From: Haplodiscus bocki
Taxonomy: Eukaryota
Assembly: GCA_965655095.1 (NCBI GenBank)
Contig: OZ296650.1
Location: 112,344,001 to 112,408,000 of the forward strand
Reading direction: 5' to 3'
DNA length: 64,000 nt
The stretch's first letter is position 1, and every line of letters starts with the position of its first letter. A model generated the notes under the pieces. It was not told the origin of the DNA. It made no database searches and was given only the letters and a program-made list of their open reading frames with translations. The translations under genes and the position numbers were made by a program. Shown piece after piece: positions 34,721-48,700 of this stretch.

Positions 34721-35373
34721 TGTATTTCCCACCAAGAAAAGTATATGAATAGAAGAGACGATTGAAGTTATAATATTATAACTGAATGTACTGATGGTAA
34801 CCAATACATATTACTGGTTACATGTACGGATTGTAACGAGTAATAAATGAATGTACGCATTATTATTGATTGACGATAATTAACCAATTTTGTTGTCCCA
34901 TGTTGGAATTAAAAAATAAAATGTTAATTTAGTTATGAACACAGTTCACTTTTTTTCGCTTCAAAATGGCGACACTAAAAAACGAGCGAAAGTTGGCAGC
35001 AGTTGCTAGAAGGAATCAGGAAGAACACCCTTAGGACAGTCAGTCAAGAGACACAGCCGTTCCTTGAATTAAAGAGGACTATATGACTCAAGTATCAGAG
35101 TTGGAAGGGAGAGTAACAAAGAAATTGTTTCAAGAGTTCAGTAGGACAAAGAGATTCCGGATTCCGGGTGCTCTGTCTACGTTAAGTGAATTCTTTCTGA
35201 ATCCACAAATCCGGGTGCAATTCGGAATCATCCCCGGAATATCTCGGAATTCTAATGGAGAAAACCAGGAACGAAATGAGGACCGTCCCCGGGATGATCC
35301 TGATATGAAATAGGTACTTCAGTCAATCGGTTCCCTCAGTTTATGAAATCGGACTCGGACGACGCATCTTACA
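34721..35373 (+). mobile_element. Probable solo LTR containing the decayed start of a gag/ORF1
   Basis: TGTA...TACA ends, AATAAA at ~34915, then CAAAATGGCG-initiated decayed frame MATLKNERKLAAVA...YMTQVSELEGRVTKKLFQEFSRT; no clear TSD. Confidence 0.45.
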
Positions 35374-36473
35374 GTTGCAAACCACGTATCAGATTGTCTG
35401 AAAAATCAAAGCCTACATCACGACTAAAGTTACTTTTTATCCGTCATCATAATATATTTGTAACTTATGTTCTCTGCTATCATTGTCAGTTAAGCGCAGT
35501 GCCTGAAACCCTACTTCTACAAATGAACTAGGAAACTCAGAGTGCAATTGTGGAACCAGAGCAATGTTTCAAGAAGAACGAAAAAGTGTAAGGAAAAGAT
35601 ATATCTAGCAGTTTTACAAGCAAAGTATCTTTTTTTTTGTAAAATCAAATCACAAAAAATCACGAAACTTTTTCTCAAATTACTTTCGTGGTAACATTCC
35701 CCTTCCTGAAGTTTACTAGTTTATTTCGGAGCAAAAACAAACGAAAATTTTCGTGGTAACTCCCTTTGTTATCACCTCAATTTTTTCTACAATAACAAAA
35801 TTGAAATTTTGTGATATCCTCCTTTTTTCTACAGAAACATTATGTACGACCTACCCACCTATTTTTTAGGCAATTTTTGGATCCAGGGGTCCATATTTTT
35901 TGCGTGATACCCCCATATGCATCTGCCATTAGCTCAAAAACAGACATTATTGTGATTATTGCCTTTGCACATTCCGAGCCTCACGACCAGCACCGACTTG
36001 AGCCTTCCTGGCTTGTTGTATACCCAATTATTTAATCCAACTTTTTGTTTCCTTGAAACACCCCGTGAATGAAACGTCCATGTTTTACTTTAGCTTTAGG
36101 CCATGGCAACGATAGCTGGCGTGAAATGTTTCTGTAAATAGCAATTAAAAATTGTTACCAAGTCACTTTTAGGCTAACCTGAGTACAAATTTTTTTCTTT
36201 GCTGGCTTCTTCCATTTAGTGAAATGAGAGCCAATGGATGAAAATAAATTATTAAGTCTCCTCCATCAAACAGTATTTGCACAGGTAAATATTTGGTAAA
36301 TCTGTGGAAGCAACTGTTGGAAAGATATACCCTCACTGTGAAGAAGTCAAAATAAACAAGTTTTTAATAGGTTTCAGTAAAGTATGCCGTAGTGACAGAG
36401 TGTTCGGTACGAGCATTTTGAATCACATCAAACAACGTCGTTGATGTGTTCCGGGCGAAAAGAATGGAAAAAT

Positions 36474-36980
36474 AACAAGACACCCGGCTACGGCTACCTC
36501 CGGGATAATTTGCGACCTCCAACATTGTTAAAGATGCCTTTTAGAAGGATGAAAGCGCTTTTTTTTTCAAAATACTCTGTTTCTTCATCATATTTTCTAA
36601 CTTTTCCAACTTTATTTTTTTTCTGATTTTTGCCAAAAACACCTCAAAAATAAGGTGGAAAGACATTTTCAAGAAAAAATACCATTTGAAACGCATTCTA
36701 GAAAAAATTTGCCACATGTAGCGATTTTGAAAAATTTCAAGTTTTTTTCCGAAAAAAACCCCCAAATTTTGAACGTTTTGAGAATTCTTACTATTCCAGT
36801 CACATTCTAGAGCAAATTTGCTACAATTTCGTGAACAGAAAATTTCACATTCAGAAACGTGAACGAACATCGTTTTAGTGTGAACGCAATTGGCAAACAT
36901 CGGGTAAAAAAATGTCAGAAATAGCCCATTTGAGAGGAAGATTTTGCTTCCATATTTTAAATATGGCGCAAAATAATAAT
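36474..36980 (-). mobile_element. Helentron/DINE-1-like repeat, copy 2
   Basis: Minus strand: 5' TTATTTTGCGCC, sub-terminal GGTCGCAAATTAT, stem-loop CCCGG...CCGGG, terminal CTTGTT; homologous to 12460-12940. Confidence 0.65.
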
Positions 36981-39094
36981 AAACGCGTTATACTATATAT
37001 TAATAATGAGTTGAGAAAAGCCTAAAATCAAACGAGGACTTTTTCAGTTGCATTGTATTTTAAAAAGATCGTGGGAACAAAATATTACAATATCAACAAA
37101 GGCTATTGCGAAGATTTTAGACGTTTCACAGAACCCATTTTTTGTGAAAGGCGGAATTTTCTCCAAAACGTCTCATGGAGCACTGATTTGAAAACAAAAA
37201 TCATTCAAAGCCCATTCAATTCTCCGCAGACAACAGTAACCGAAGTTTGAAGAGAGCAGTGACATCTTTTGCAAAATTCTGCCACGGTATTCTTAAGTTT
37301 TTAGCTTTAGCCAGGGATGTATTTTTCCCATTGTGGGATAGACATGGTAGTGCGAGTAACTTCGTATTTTTCAGTGGCGAGTCTAGTGGAATGGCGAGAA
37401 AAATTCTGGAGCGATTTTGTTGTGTGCCCATGACTAAGGCCACGTTCTTATTGTTTCGGGGGCGGGGGGCAATAATATAGATGTGCAGTCGCCATTGAGC
37501 CTTGGCTATTCAAAAGAAATGAAAGAATGTTTGTGATCAGTGATACGATTAGAAAAAGTATTGCCGCTATTTATTACAGCTCTTTTTATTAGTTTTGTTT
37601 CCTCGGTCAGCCATGTAATTACTTTGCCCACATACAATTTTCTACACACGGTGTACATAAGGGCAAGATAAACCTGCTGCTATCCTCTAAACAAATATTT
37701 TCCTAGATTTTTTGTCAAATGGAAAATAATCGGTGACGGAATGCGTACTACCTATATATACTGTACAATTACATATTCCAAACTGGCTTAGTAAATGTAA
37801 TTAGCTCCGTTTTTCTCGCTCTAACCGAAACGGAGAAATAAATTTTTGAAGCAAGTATAACGAGCCGGGTGTTTGGGAACAGAGTAGCATTTGAGGGCTT
37901 TCATGGAACGTTTTGCGGATATTTAGTTAAAATGTTTTTTCAAAATGCAAACTCAAAGCGATTTTCTAAAGTAGGCAAATTGTTGCAATCTTAATGAACT
38001 TTATAAGCTTTCCATCGGCCATTGAAGTTTCAGACAGAAAGCCATTCATTCTGTTTAAAAAGATGAAGCGACTAATGTATTCAAATTAAGTGTTCTTCAC
38101 ATTTATAATCCATAGGTTATAACGGCAAACTGAACAAAAAATAAAGCATGCAATACGCTCATACACCTTCCAGCAGTTTGCCCTGCGTTCAAGGCAATGA
38201 AAAGATTAGAAACATCTATTGAAAAAGAAAGAAAATCATTATTTGTCATGCCTGGTGATCATTGTTTGTACCAAAATGTGTTAGGCGACACAAATGTGAT
38301 TTAATCCATAATTGCTTTTTCGTTTGCATGAATCTCAGATGCTTCTAAAGACCTATTACAGGACATATATTGACATTCATATTTTTAAAAAACACTATAG
38401 GACCTCTTTTGTCTTCAATATATTCAAATGTTATTGGGTAAAGGTTTTTTCGACATTTTTATTTTGGATAGATGTTTTTATTGACCACAAAATTAAATAC
38501 AGCGCAGATGTTCTCATCACACCTCTTTCCGGAAATCCGTCTCAGACAATACGCGCTTGAAGATTCTGGTGGTAATCGAAACTTAGCTGCTAAAAGAATT
38601 TCTAAAATTCAATGAGTCAGCTGAGATGTTAGTTTTTCATGGTAAAAAGAAATTTGAAATGGGATTCGGGGAAATTGAAAAGAAGGAAGGCAGAGCAAAA
38701 TCCAAGATTCTGAGAGCAAGTTGCAAAGAAACTACAACTGTATTAAGACTTTCCTGTACATTAAGGGTTTTCCGAAGATAATATCTAGACTAATTGTGTT
38801 TTTCCAAGCAAAAGTGTTGAATTTTCAGATCTTATTTCACACAGGCATACGTAAGAGTTTTAACCAAACGAAGAGATATAAACAAGTGAGACCTAATATG
38901 GGCATTTTTTATTTATTTTATATATGTAAGAAAAATTATTCATTCAGTTGGGTCGTTTTACTTTTTTTGTTTTCAGTGTATTTTGCCGACTCATCTTATT
39001 ATAAAAAATATCTCGGCAGTGAGGTTAGGACAAAAACTTCTCAAGCAGTAAGTCCAAGCTCGAACCTCTGTCGTACAATGTATTTTCATGAATT

Positions 39095-41350
39095 CACTGA
39101 CATTTGTCAGAAATTCCAATGTTTCCCATGGCACAGTGGGTAGGACGACAGGGTTCTGAAGTGCTAGGTACGGGTAGGAATCCCAGCATTTACTTATAAA
39201 TTTTTTACTTAAATATTGTTATTTCAAATTTTAGGGATTGTTTTTTTCTACTCCTATTAATTAAATTTAATATTTTCCACCGACTTTTAGTCGGTGCTTT
39301 ATGAAACAAAATGCTGCCTCTTGTAGGTGCTTTGTTTTATTTTCTATTGATATTATATTCAAGATCACAATGAATTTTCTACTCTTTTCCCTAATTAGTT
39401 TCCTCGGCATAATAGTTCAAGCATGCAACCGCAGTCTATGCCAAGCACAGGCAAGTATTCACAAAAACCAAATGGTCCTTCCTACGAAAATTTCCGGTAC
39501 TGTGAGACACTTTATTCTTGATCAAATATTGTGCTATTTTATGCACAAAGTTTGTCATACGATACCAGTATTACCAGAAACACAGAAGAATTAGTCTGCG
39601 GGAATTTTCGGTACTATGAGCCAAAACTTTGAGAAGGAAAGTCGTGATATCCCCGTTTCGCATATTTTTTTTGACACCAAAAACTTTCAGAAACACCAGA
39701 ATAGCCAGCTCACGAAAGTTTGCTCGGAGACAAAAAGTTTTCGACATTTTTTGTGATGACAAACATTTCGCATTTATTAAATGGGCAGCGCCGGAAATTT
39801 TCAGAAAAACTAGAGACTTTCAGAGTTACAAGGGGGCCCTTCATTAATTTTTCGGAACTGTGATACTGTACGACAAAAAGTTTTTGACATTTTTTAGAAA
39901 CTTTTCTATGTCCTATAGTCCATCGATGATTTCGCACTAGAAAGATGCGCAGCGTTGAGCTTCACCTGTTCTCAGCTGGTTTTGGTTTTTCCCATAGATT
40001 TTGCTAAACGGAAGAAAGTCATTTCAGGAGTGCAGTTTTTCCTTGTCCCGAATTTGCGAAAATCACGCAAACCTCGTGCTGCACAATTGTCAGCCTCTCG
40101 TTTAAAACATATAGCAAGTCCCATTGCACTTTTATGGCCCAGCATTGACGGCACCAAATCTTATCTGCGCTCTTTTTAGGTGACCTGAAATTTTCGTTCA
40201 TTTTTGATTCTTTCTGATCCAAACCATATTTTTTTTTCGATATACTTTGGGGTTAATCTGTTTTCCGATGAAGTTTTCTTTCACAGAAATGAACGAACTG
40301 AAGTTGTTTAAAATTTCACGAAAACTGGCAAAATGTGTTATTTTTCATTAAATTTTAGCCATCCGTGGTTTTTATTTTCATTTTATAAAACAGCTTCCAT
40401 TTTAAAAATTGAATTGATTCTCCTGAAATGAGTCAAGGAGTACATGCAAACTTTTTTCTTATCTATAATATACACATAAAAAAAACTCATGAACTCATTT
40501 TTCCTGGGGCACGTTGTTGTGTAGGTGCTATAATCATTAGAGTCAGACCAGGCCAAAAAAATTTCGGGGTATCGAATGTTCTCGATACTCAAAGTCTTTT
40601 GGTTTCTTTTCTCCATAACGATTGAATGCAATTTTTCCAGGAAAACGACTTTTCTCCAGTGGTAGAAGTTCCTACGTTATCGGAGTTTTTCGGTTTGGAA
40701 GACTGACATTTGAAACAATGATCAATTCCACTGAAAACTATTCGTCATTAATTTTCTAAAGAGAAATTGAAACCTAATTTTTTCCAAAACCACCAGCTGA
40801 TGTTCATCCATCAACGTCTCACTCATTCTTTGTGTCACCTTGCAGAAAGGCGCTGAGTGTAAAATTTTTTGCCATATAAATTTTCCGATAGAAACCCTTC
40901 TTACCGAAAGTAGCATGAGTTGCGTTAACGTATGATCAACTTTTATAAACGAACTCAGTTTTCTTCAAAACTACCGGCTTTAACCGTTCGATCAATGTCT
41001 CAATCAACAGTTTCCCATGAGCAGAACATCTCTCGTCAAGAATGTCCTCAATACCAGTTCTGGTATCGGAGTCTACATGGGGGGAAATAGCGAAATATGC
41101 TTACAAGGTTGACATTTCTGGCAACTCAAAACTAAAAATCCCCAAAAACTAATGACTACGTTTCTTCAATCAATGTTTCAGTCAACGTTTCTTACATGTA
41201 GTTTGTTTTTGGACTGTGTTTTTGTGTTTGGTTGCTTGGAACGGATACACAATACGCGGAACTTGTTATGAGCATATCTGTATGAATCGTGTTGACAGAC
41301 AGACTGGTTTTTTACAAACAACCTTCTCAATATGCGCAATCAAGGTCATG
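39095..41350. repeat. Dispersed ~2.2-kb repeat, copy B; minus-strand satellite-like monomers continue to ~42900
   Basis: Diverged direct copy of 31730-33900. Confidence 0.8.
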
Positions 41351-43767
41351 AACAACATATTTCTATCTCCAGAACATCTTTGAATGACAACGTTCCTGTA
41401 AAGCTTCATTGCCTTAACTTAATGGACCGATATAGCCGAAGACTGGAAGTGGTTTGATTTTTCTTGGAAAATAAAGCGGCCATTCCTTCTCTGAAACCAG
41501 TGGCTGCGTTCCATTCATCATGGCATCAGTCAAGTTTATGAGTTGCAAAACGATACAGGAAAATAAATTGTTGTGTTTGGTTCCTCACAACCCAAATTTT
41601 ATCAACGGAAAGTGCCAAAAAAGCCTAACTTTTTGATTTGTTATGAAAATCAAATTCAAGTGTTTCACAACAACCAGCTGAATTTGTCGCATCGAGATCT
41701 TAATCAACGTCTTTGCAATGTTAGAGCAGCATTCAATAATACAAACTTGTTAAACATTTGTTACATCGGAAACTTTAAGGACCATAAAACCAAAAAGCAC
41801 AGAACTTTTTTGCTTTTCAATCTCCAAAACGACTGTCTGCCTTCCGTCCATCAGGGTTTCAATCGACTTTTTTATTCGTAAAAAATTACTTGGTTCCCAT
41901 ATTTTTCATTTAGTTTCATGCACTAAAAGCCGGATGGGCCAAATTAGCCATAAGTTGAAAAGTGGTCTGATTCGTTTTGATATTCAAACTCACTTTCCTT
42001 GAAAGCAACTGTCATGATTTCTTTCCCTTGAGTCCTTTGTGGTCTCAATCAGAAGTTTTGTTTCTGTGCGAGATGGTTCACTATCCATATTCTGTTTTTT
42101 AATCCTTCTTCCGAAAATTTGATAGAGATAATTTCCTAGAATGTTTGTGTTTTCGATGATGTTTCTTTGTATTAGTAATTTTTTCGAGGGCTATCGATTG
42201 CTTTTTTTCATCAAGGCGTAAATCGAAAATAGTTAAACTTTGAATAGCTTTGAAATAAGAAGTTTCAAGTGTGTCTTGGTCTCACTGGATACATGATTGG
42301 CTGAGAATGCCGAAACTCACATTTGAAAGTGGTTATTTCCGAGATTCCAACTCATCTGTTTTCAAAATTACCGGTTGAACTTCTTCCAGTAATGTCTCAG
42401 AGGACAATTTAATGTGTGTATAAGCTTATTCGACAAAGATTTTCCGAAAAATATTCTTTGCATTCGTAGTCTCGTAGATTGAGTTTGGCAGAAGTGGTAC
42501 TTGTTGTGGCTTTTCCCCAATAGTCAAGCTCATTTTTTAAAAAATACTGACTGGATTTCCACTATCATAGTTTCAAAATTTCAAAAGTTGATTCACAAAA
42601 ATGTATCAGGTGTAGTACTTTGCTTCCTAGCCCTGATAAGTCGATAATGCCAAGAATTGTGGAAAACAGTGGCGGAATTGATAATTGTAGGAAACCTTTG
42701 AAAACTGGATTAAACACAGTTTTCTCGTTTTTTAACTGTTTGCAAATGTTGATCCAAAACTTTTTAATAGTTCGAAAAATATATCGGTACTAACTGGCTT
42801 TTTGAAGTTTTAATCCAGTGTGCAACTTCAATGGATTTCTCCTTTAGCTTCAGAGAACTGGAGGAATTACGTTTAGCGGAAGTGTGATATGAGGCGAATT
42901 TTCTTGATCGACGATTATTTGTTGAGGCTCCTCACAACATGCAGTATGTGCGTAGCTCATGTTTTTGTTAACAGCGGTTTGTTGAAGTATCATGGTAGGT
43001 GTACATCATGGAAGGTATAAAATTCTGTATTTTGTGTCACAGGGGTCTCTAGAAACGTGCTGAACCCACCAAATGACCACCAAGATGTCCACCAATTCAA
43101 GAATATGCTGAAGTTACATGGTAAACTATACCAAATTGTCTAAACTGATGATTTGATGAGCTTTGTTCGATTTTAGAGTGTTTTACAGTTTTATAAAAAC
43201 TTCTATGAATGTTTCCTTAGGACAATTTCATTACCTAGTTTAATTTTTTGGCAGAATGTTTAGGGCTTGAACCGCAACAGTCATTTAATTCTGCCGAAAT
43301 GATCTTTTCAAATTCTCCGGTCAATTTTATTTCGATTCCGGATATTGAATTCGTGATTTTCCAAAGTTTTAAGCCATATAGTTAAACTTAGAGAGGAAGA
43401 TAATAGTAAGAATTCACTTCTTGTGACTATGTTTGGAATGTTTGGGAGTGCCTTGTCTAGAGTACCATCAATAAAAGAACTCTTGTCATTATTGACGTCT
43501 TGCTGTAAACAATTGGATGTCAGGGAAGTGCTAGTTTCAGTTACTTCGGTGGTGTTTTTTCTCGACACAACCGATTTTTAGCTGAGCAATTACTGGTGAC
43601 TGGCAGAGTAATCAAACAGCGGTCATGCACGCCCACATTCAGTCTCAGACCTAAATGTGTACGATTCACTGTCCAAAATATCAAAGTACAAGAAACCTAG
43701 CAAAACTTCGCTAATGTAAGTGCAATTCTAATTTTGTTCCGATTCGGGAAAACAGCTAGTTCTGTTG

Positions 43768-44170
43768 TTTTATCTGCCATATTTATGGTATGGAAAGAAA
43801 ATCTTTCGCCCGCGACATGCGTTTATTTACCTTCAGTAGCCAATTGCGCGACTTCTCAAAAATTTCATACCTCCGAAAAACAAAAGAATTCAACTGAAAT
43901 AGTGGCATTTTTAAAAAGTTCAAGAAATTAGTTTTTTCTGAGAAAAAAACTTTCCCCAATCAAGAAAAACCGAATAATTTGCTGTAGAATGCATATAAAT
44001 GGCAAGATTCCTTAAATACGTTTTTTACCATTGACAGGAGGCAAACTTCATATTGAGTAAACCATAAAAAGTATTTTTTTTTCAAAAAAAGTTTCTTTTG
44101 AAACGCAATTTTAAAAAAATTAAAAATTGGAAAGCGGAAAAAATCCCGGTGGTAGCCGGGCACCTTGTTT
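43768..44170 (+). mobile_element. Helentron/DINE-1-like repeat, copy 3
   Basis: 5' TTTATCTGCCATATTTATGGTATGGAAAGAAAATC matches the 5' ends of copies 1 and 2; 3' CCCGGTGGTAGCCGGG stem-loop then CACCTTGTTT. Confidence 0.65.
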
Positions 44171-45799
44171 GAAAACATTATTTCGTAAAGACTGATATGG
44201 GTTGTCTGAGAAAAACTTTTTTGAAGCAATAACTGCATAGATTAGAGAAAGTAGTCACAAATTGAAAAAGCAACAAGTTTGCGAGAGAAAATCACGAGTA
44301 GAGCTACTGAGATCTGAGGAAAACGCCTACCAAACCTGAGATAGGCTCACCAGGTAATGTCAGCAAGCAACGCTTTTTTATTACTCTAGTGAAACCTAAC
44401 AAACAGATAATAAGTAACAAATAATAAAAAGATATTCATGGTTTATAATAATGCGACTAGACGTTGATAGACTGTCAACTTTTAGAGCAATTAACTTCAA
44501 GAATAATCATTTTGGACAACAGTAGAGAAAACAACATTTTTTTTTGAATTTTAGAGGATTATGATGGCGCTTGTTTGAAGAAGAAAATGATGCAGCAAAA
44601 AATAGAAGCGTTTTTGGCCACAGTTCTCAATTTGAGAATTTCGTAGTTTTAACAAATTAAATATTAAATTTTATTTAAACAATTGATGCCCCGGGTGTTC
44701 CAGTGACAACTGATGTCACCTGTTGGCGGAAAAATTTTCAGAATTTATCCAAAACCCATCTTGAATCTACTAAAATTTGAATATCAATGTATTAAAAAAT
44801 GATGTTGAAACTTTACCTCTACTTTTGCAAACTATTTTGAAAATTCATAGTTTTGAAAGTGATAAGGATAAAAAAAATTGAAGAACAACCACAACTAACA
44901 AACTTCATAAATTACTCACTGCTATCTTGCATCAGTATCAAGATTCTTACGAAAACTGCCAAAATTAGTCAAAATACGCTTGGCTTGCACAGTTTATTTG
45001 CTAAACATTGCGACGCATTTATCTACCCTTTCAAAGTACTTCTCTTGGAAAACGATTTATCCATCTGATAGCCAATTTAGTTTGCTTTCCGAGAGTACCT
45101 TCGCTTATTCTGATCCTCTAATATTTGTTTCTCTACTTAGGATTTTGTAAAGCATATTAAAATTGCTGAGTCGCATTTTCTTAAATCATGACTATCGAAG
45201 GTGAACTTAAATGGAGAGACCCCAAATGTTCTTGAGAACAAGCTAGTTATTATCATAGACTTGAGAAAGATTCCTTTCACCAAAGGTTGAAACGGAACCC
45301 AGCCTGGCTGAAATTATTATATCAATTAACACTGCAAGCAACGGCTGTAAACATGGCAACTCTCGGGTCAAGGATATTATTTGAAAAATCGTACCATCTT
45401 GTCAAGCGGTAACTTTAACATAGCTCATCGTTCAGTCCTTTGACAGTAGACCTCCGAAACGAGAGGCGCAGTCACATTGTAATATGTTTTGTCAAGGGAA
45501 TGCAATAATGCAATAAAGTATGATGGAACACACAGCAAATCATTTTTACAAAGAGACACATTTTTGAAAAAAACAGTCAACACAGAGACATTTTTCAAAG
45601 AATGCAAGCCGGTAGGTTTAGAGAATTATGAGTTACAAAATCGACCACATAAAAAAATTAACATGACTTTTTCGCTTCATTGGACGATCAACATTCCAGT
45701 TTCTGTAACAAAATAAAAGATTGTTCCAGCTAAGAATCATCTAAACAAACTGCACCAAGCAATTCAGACCTTGATTGCCAATCCGTGGTTTTTGAGAAG

Positions 45800-48700
45800 G
45801 ATGTGTTGGAATATCAAGATATCTCTATGCTACTGGGATTTTTGACCAATCGGGCCAACCAGGATTCCAACTCCCATGTAGAAAACAAATTACGATAAAG
45901 AAAATTGAAGAGTCCACGTCAAGTAAATTGATATCGAGTGACGCCTCGGTGGAAAAAAAAGCAAGTGGAGTTGACGACATATGAGTTTCAATATTGAGGC
46001 ATGTGATGACTAATGGCACTTTCTGGTTTTTCTGGTTCTCTAGGATTCAACTCCAGGGAGAAAAATCCATTATATTTAATCGAATTCTCCAATACAATGA
46101 CAAAAGTTTAGGCACCAGAACAAAAATGATAGTTCTTTCGACACAATACTCCTCCAAAAAAGATGAACTATTCTACTCACACCTTAGTGGATAGATTCAA
46201 GTCTATTCTATTTGGAGATATATGAGTTCGATGATAGAGATTCATCAATATTAACTACACCGTGGAAGTCTAAGATTATCGACATTCGAAATCCAAAGAG
46301 CAAAATAATTCATTTTCAAATAGAGTAGTCCAATAAAACCACAAAGCTTCAGGATGGAACTTGAAGCAAGAAAGCAATTCAGTGTTTATGAGAACTGACA
46401 GTTGGAATATCGAAAAAGTGTCAGAACTAACGGCAGTTTTACTGTTTCCGAACCATCAAAGTTGCAATGCGGGGAAACTTCAACAAATTTCGATAGCAAA
46501 ATTCTTGTACCATTCAAAAATTTACAATCAAAAATTGATAAAAGACATTAACACTGTAAATAAGGAGGATAAGGGTTAATTTATTGTTGTGAGTCGAAAA
46601 CACTTTTTTGTTTCTGGGACTGTCATTATTCTGTTTCAAAGAACAAAGGCAACTTTTTTGCAAAATAACGGTCCGCAAAGACCTAAAGGTTTTCCACGAG
46701 GATCTTAATTGAAGAAGTCAATACTAAAGTTACGGTGCTAAATGAGTTTGAAGACCCAGAGGAGTGAAAAAAAGTTATTCGTGAATTTTAGGAACACCAA
46801 GATTCCGATGCAAAGATCAGTTGAAACTTTTTTTTCAACTGAGTTATCCTTTAAAATTTGAAAGCTTTCGATTGAGACTTTGTTGGAAGAAATCAAAACT
46901 GCAGTTGCGGAGAAAATGGGAAAAAGTCGTGACTTTTTTTTGGAGTTATCAGAATAGACCTAAATAAAATTATTTTTTTTGAATCTTTCCTATTTAGTTT
47001 GGAAATTTCGATTAGCGCCTTAATGGCAGAATCCAAGCCTGTAGTTACCGAAAAAAATGAGTTTTTGAAAAAGAACTCTATCAAAACGAACAGCACTTTT
47101 GGATTACCGAGACTGCCACAAGTAAAACTCCAGGTACAAATTCAACTGCTTGACCAAAAAAAACCGTCAGAACGAAAATTTTTCAGAGATCGACCATGAA
47201 GTAAGAAATCAAGTCAGTGGCTACTAGAACTATCAGTTGGAATGGCGAAAAATTGTCAGAAATAAAAACAGTTCCTTGTTGTTTTCGAACCGTCACAATT
47301 CGAAAGCAAAGTTGTACATCGATATAAATCAAACGCAAAACATCTCCACAATTGAAATGTGACCAATGAGAAATTGATAAAGGATATCAGGCCTCTAGTT
47401 ACGCAGAAAGAATGTATAGCTCGTGATGAACCGAAAGTTAGTAGGGAACATTGGAAACTTCGGACTGTCAGGATTTTGATGCAAGATCCGGAATTAGTTT
47501 TTTGAAAGAAAGCCATTTTACAAGTAAAACAATATCGATTGAGACCTTGATGTGAGGAATCTAGCATGTAGTTACAGAGAAAAACCACAGTTTCTCGAGA
47601 AAAATCAAAAAAATTACCAAACATGGCAATTTTCGGAGTATAAGGATTTTGATGCAATGAGAAAAAAATCGTTTCAATTTGTTTTTTTTACCTTTGTAAG
47701 CGTTTCGATTGAAACCTTGGTGGAAGAAACAAAGCATGTCGGTACAAACAAAAAAGAGTGCGATAATCAAAGACAATCAAGAACAGAAGAAGTTCTTGGA
47801 ATCCTGGGACTACAAAGCTTGTGACAAAACAAAAAAAACCATTTTTTTTCATCTATCGGTTCGTCGAAGTTTCAAGTTATTGGACGCCGTCTTTGATGAA
47901 GGAAATCAAGCACGAGTTTACAGTGAAATATGATTTCAAAGTGCGACGAGAATCAAATAGGATGGGATTTACTGCATTTTTCTGTCGATCAGGTTTCTGA
48001 AAAAGATCAAAATGATCGGTTTTTCAAACGAATGTTTTTTTGACTTCTACAGACTTTCAACTCACACCGTGATGCAGCAAAAAACACCTCTACTTAATGG
48101 GAGGCGTGATTTTGAAGTTATAGAAAAATCAATTCCTTTTGTATTTGCTCGATTTTTCGATTTATCAGGGTACTGTTACGACAAGCAAAATGAACAACTA
48201 TTACATTGAACCGTTTCTTTCAGGCAGATGCCTTTTGTTTCACAACTTCAAGGGAGCAAAAAAGCGTTTAGTTAGGGAAAACATGATTTTGAAAATGGAG
48301 AAAAAAAGAGGTATTTCTGGCTTATTTGAACCAGCAGTTTCTGATGCAAGTTACAAAATGAAGAATTGCGCCTCCAAATCTTTCGCCAAAAACAAGTTTT
48401 CGACTGATACCTATTTGGAAGAACTCAAACTTGTCTATACAGAGGTATATGAGTCGAAAAAAGAACTAAATCAAACACAAAAGCGTTTATGGAAGTTTCG
48501 GACAATCAAGACTCTCCGGCAACCCAGTAACGCAACATTTTTTGAACTGATTTGTTCATCAAGGTTTTAAATTGCCAATGGGGACTTTTTCACAAGAAAC
48601 CAGGATTGTTTTGACGTAGAAATATGAGTGAGACAACCGAAAAAAATCAGGAACAAAAGCAGGTTTTGGAATATTTGGAATATCAGGGCTCTGATAAATG

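Noticed and set aside
31767-39140. CACAGTG heptamers (RSS/Transib-like) at ~31767 and ~39133
   Set aside because: No nonamer at 12/23 spacing, no inverted partner found, and the homology of the duplicate extends upstream of the heptamer, so it is not a terminus.
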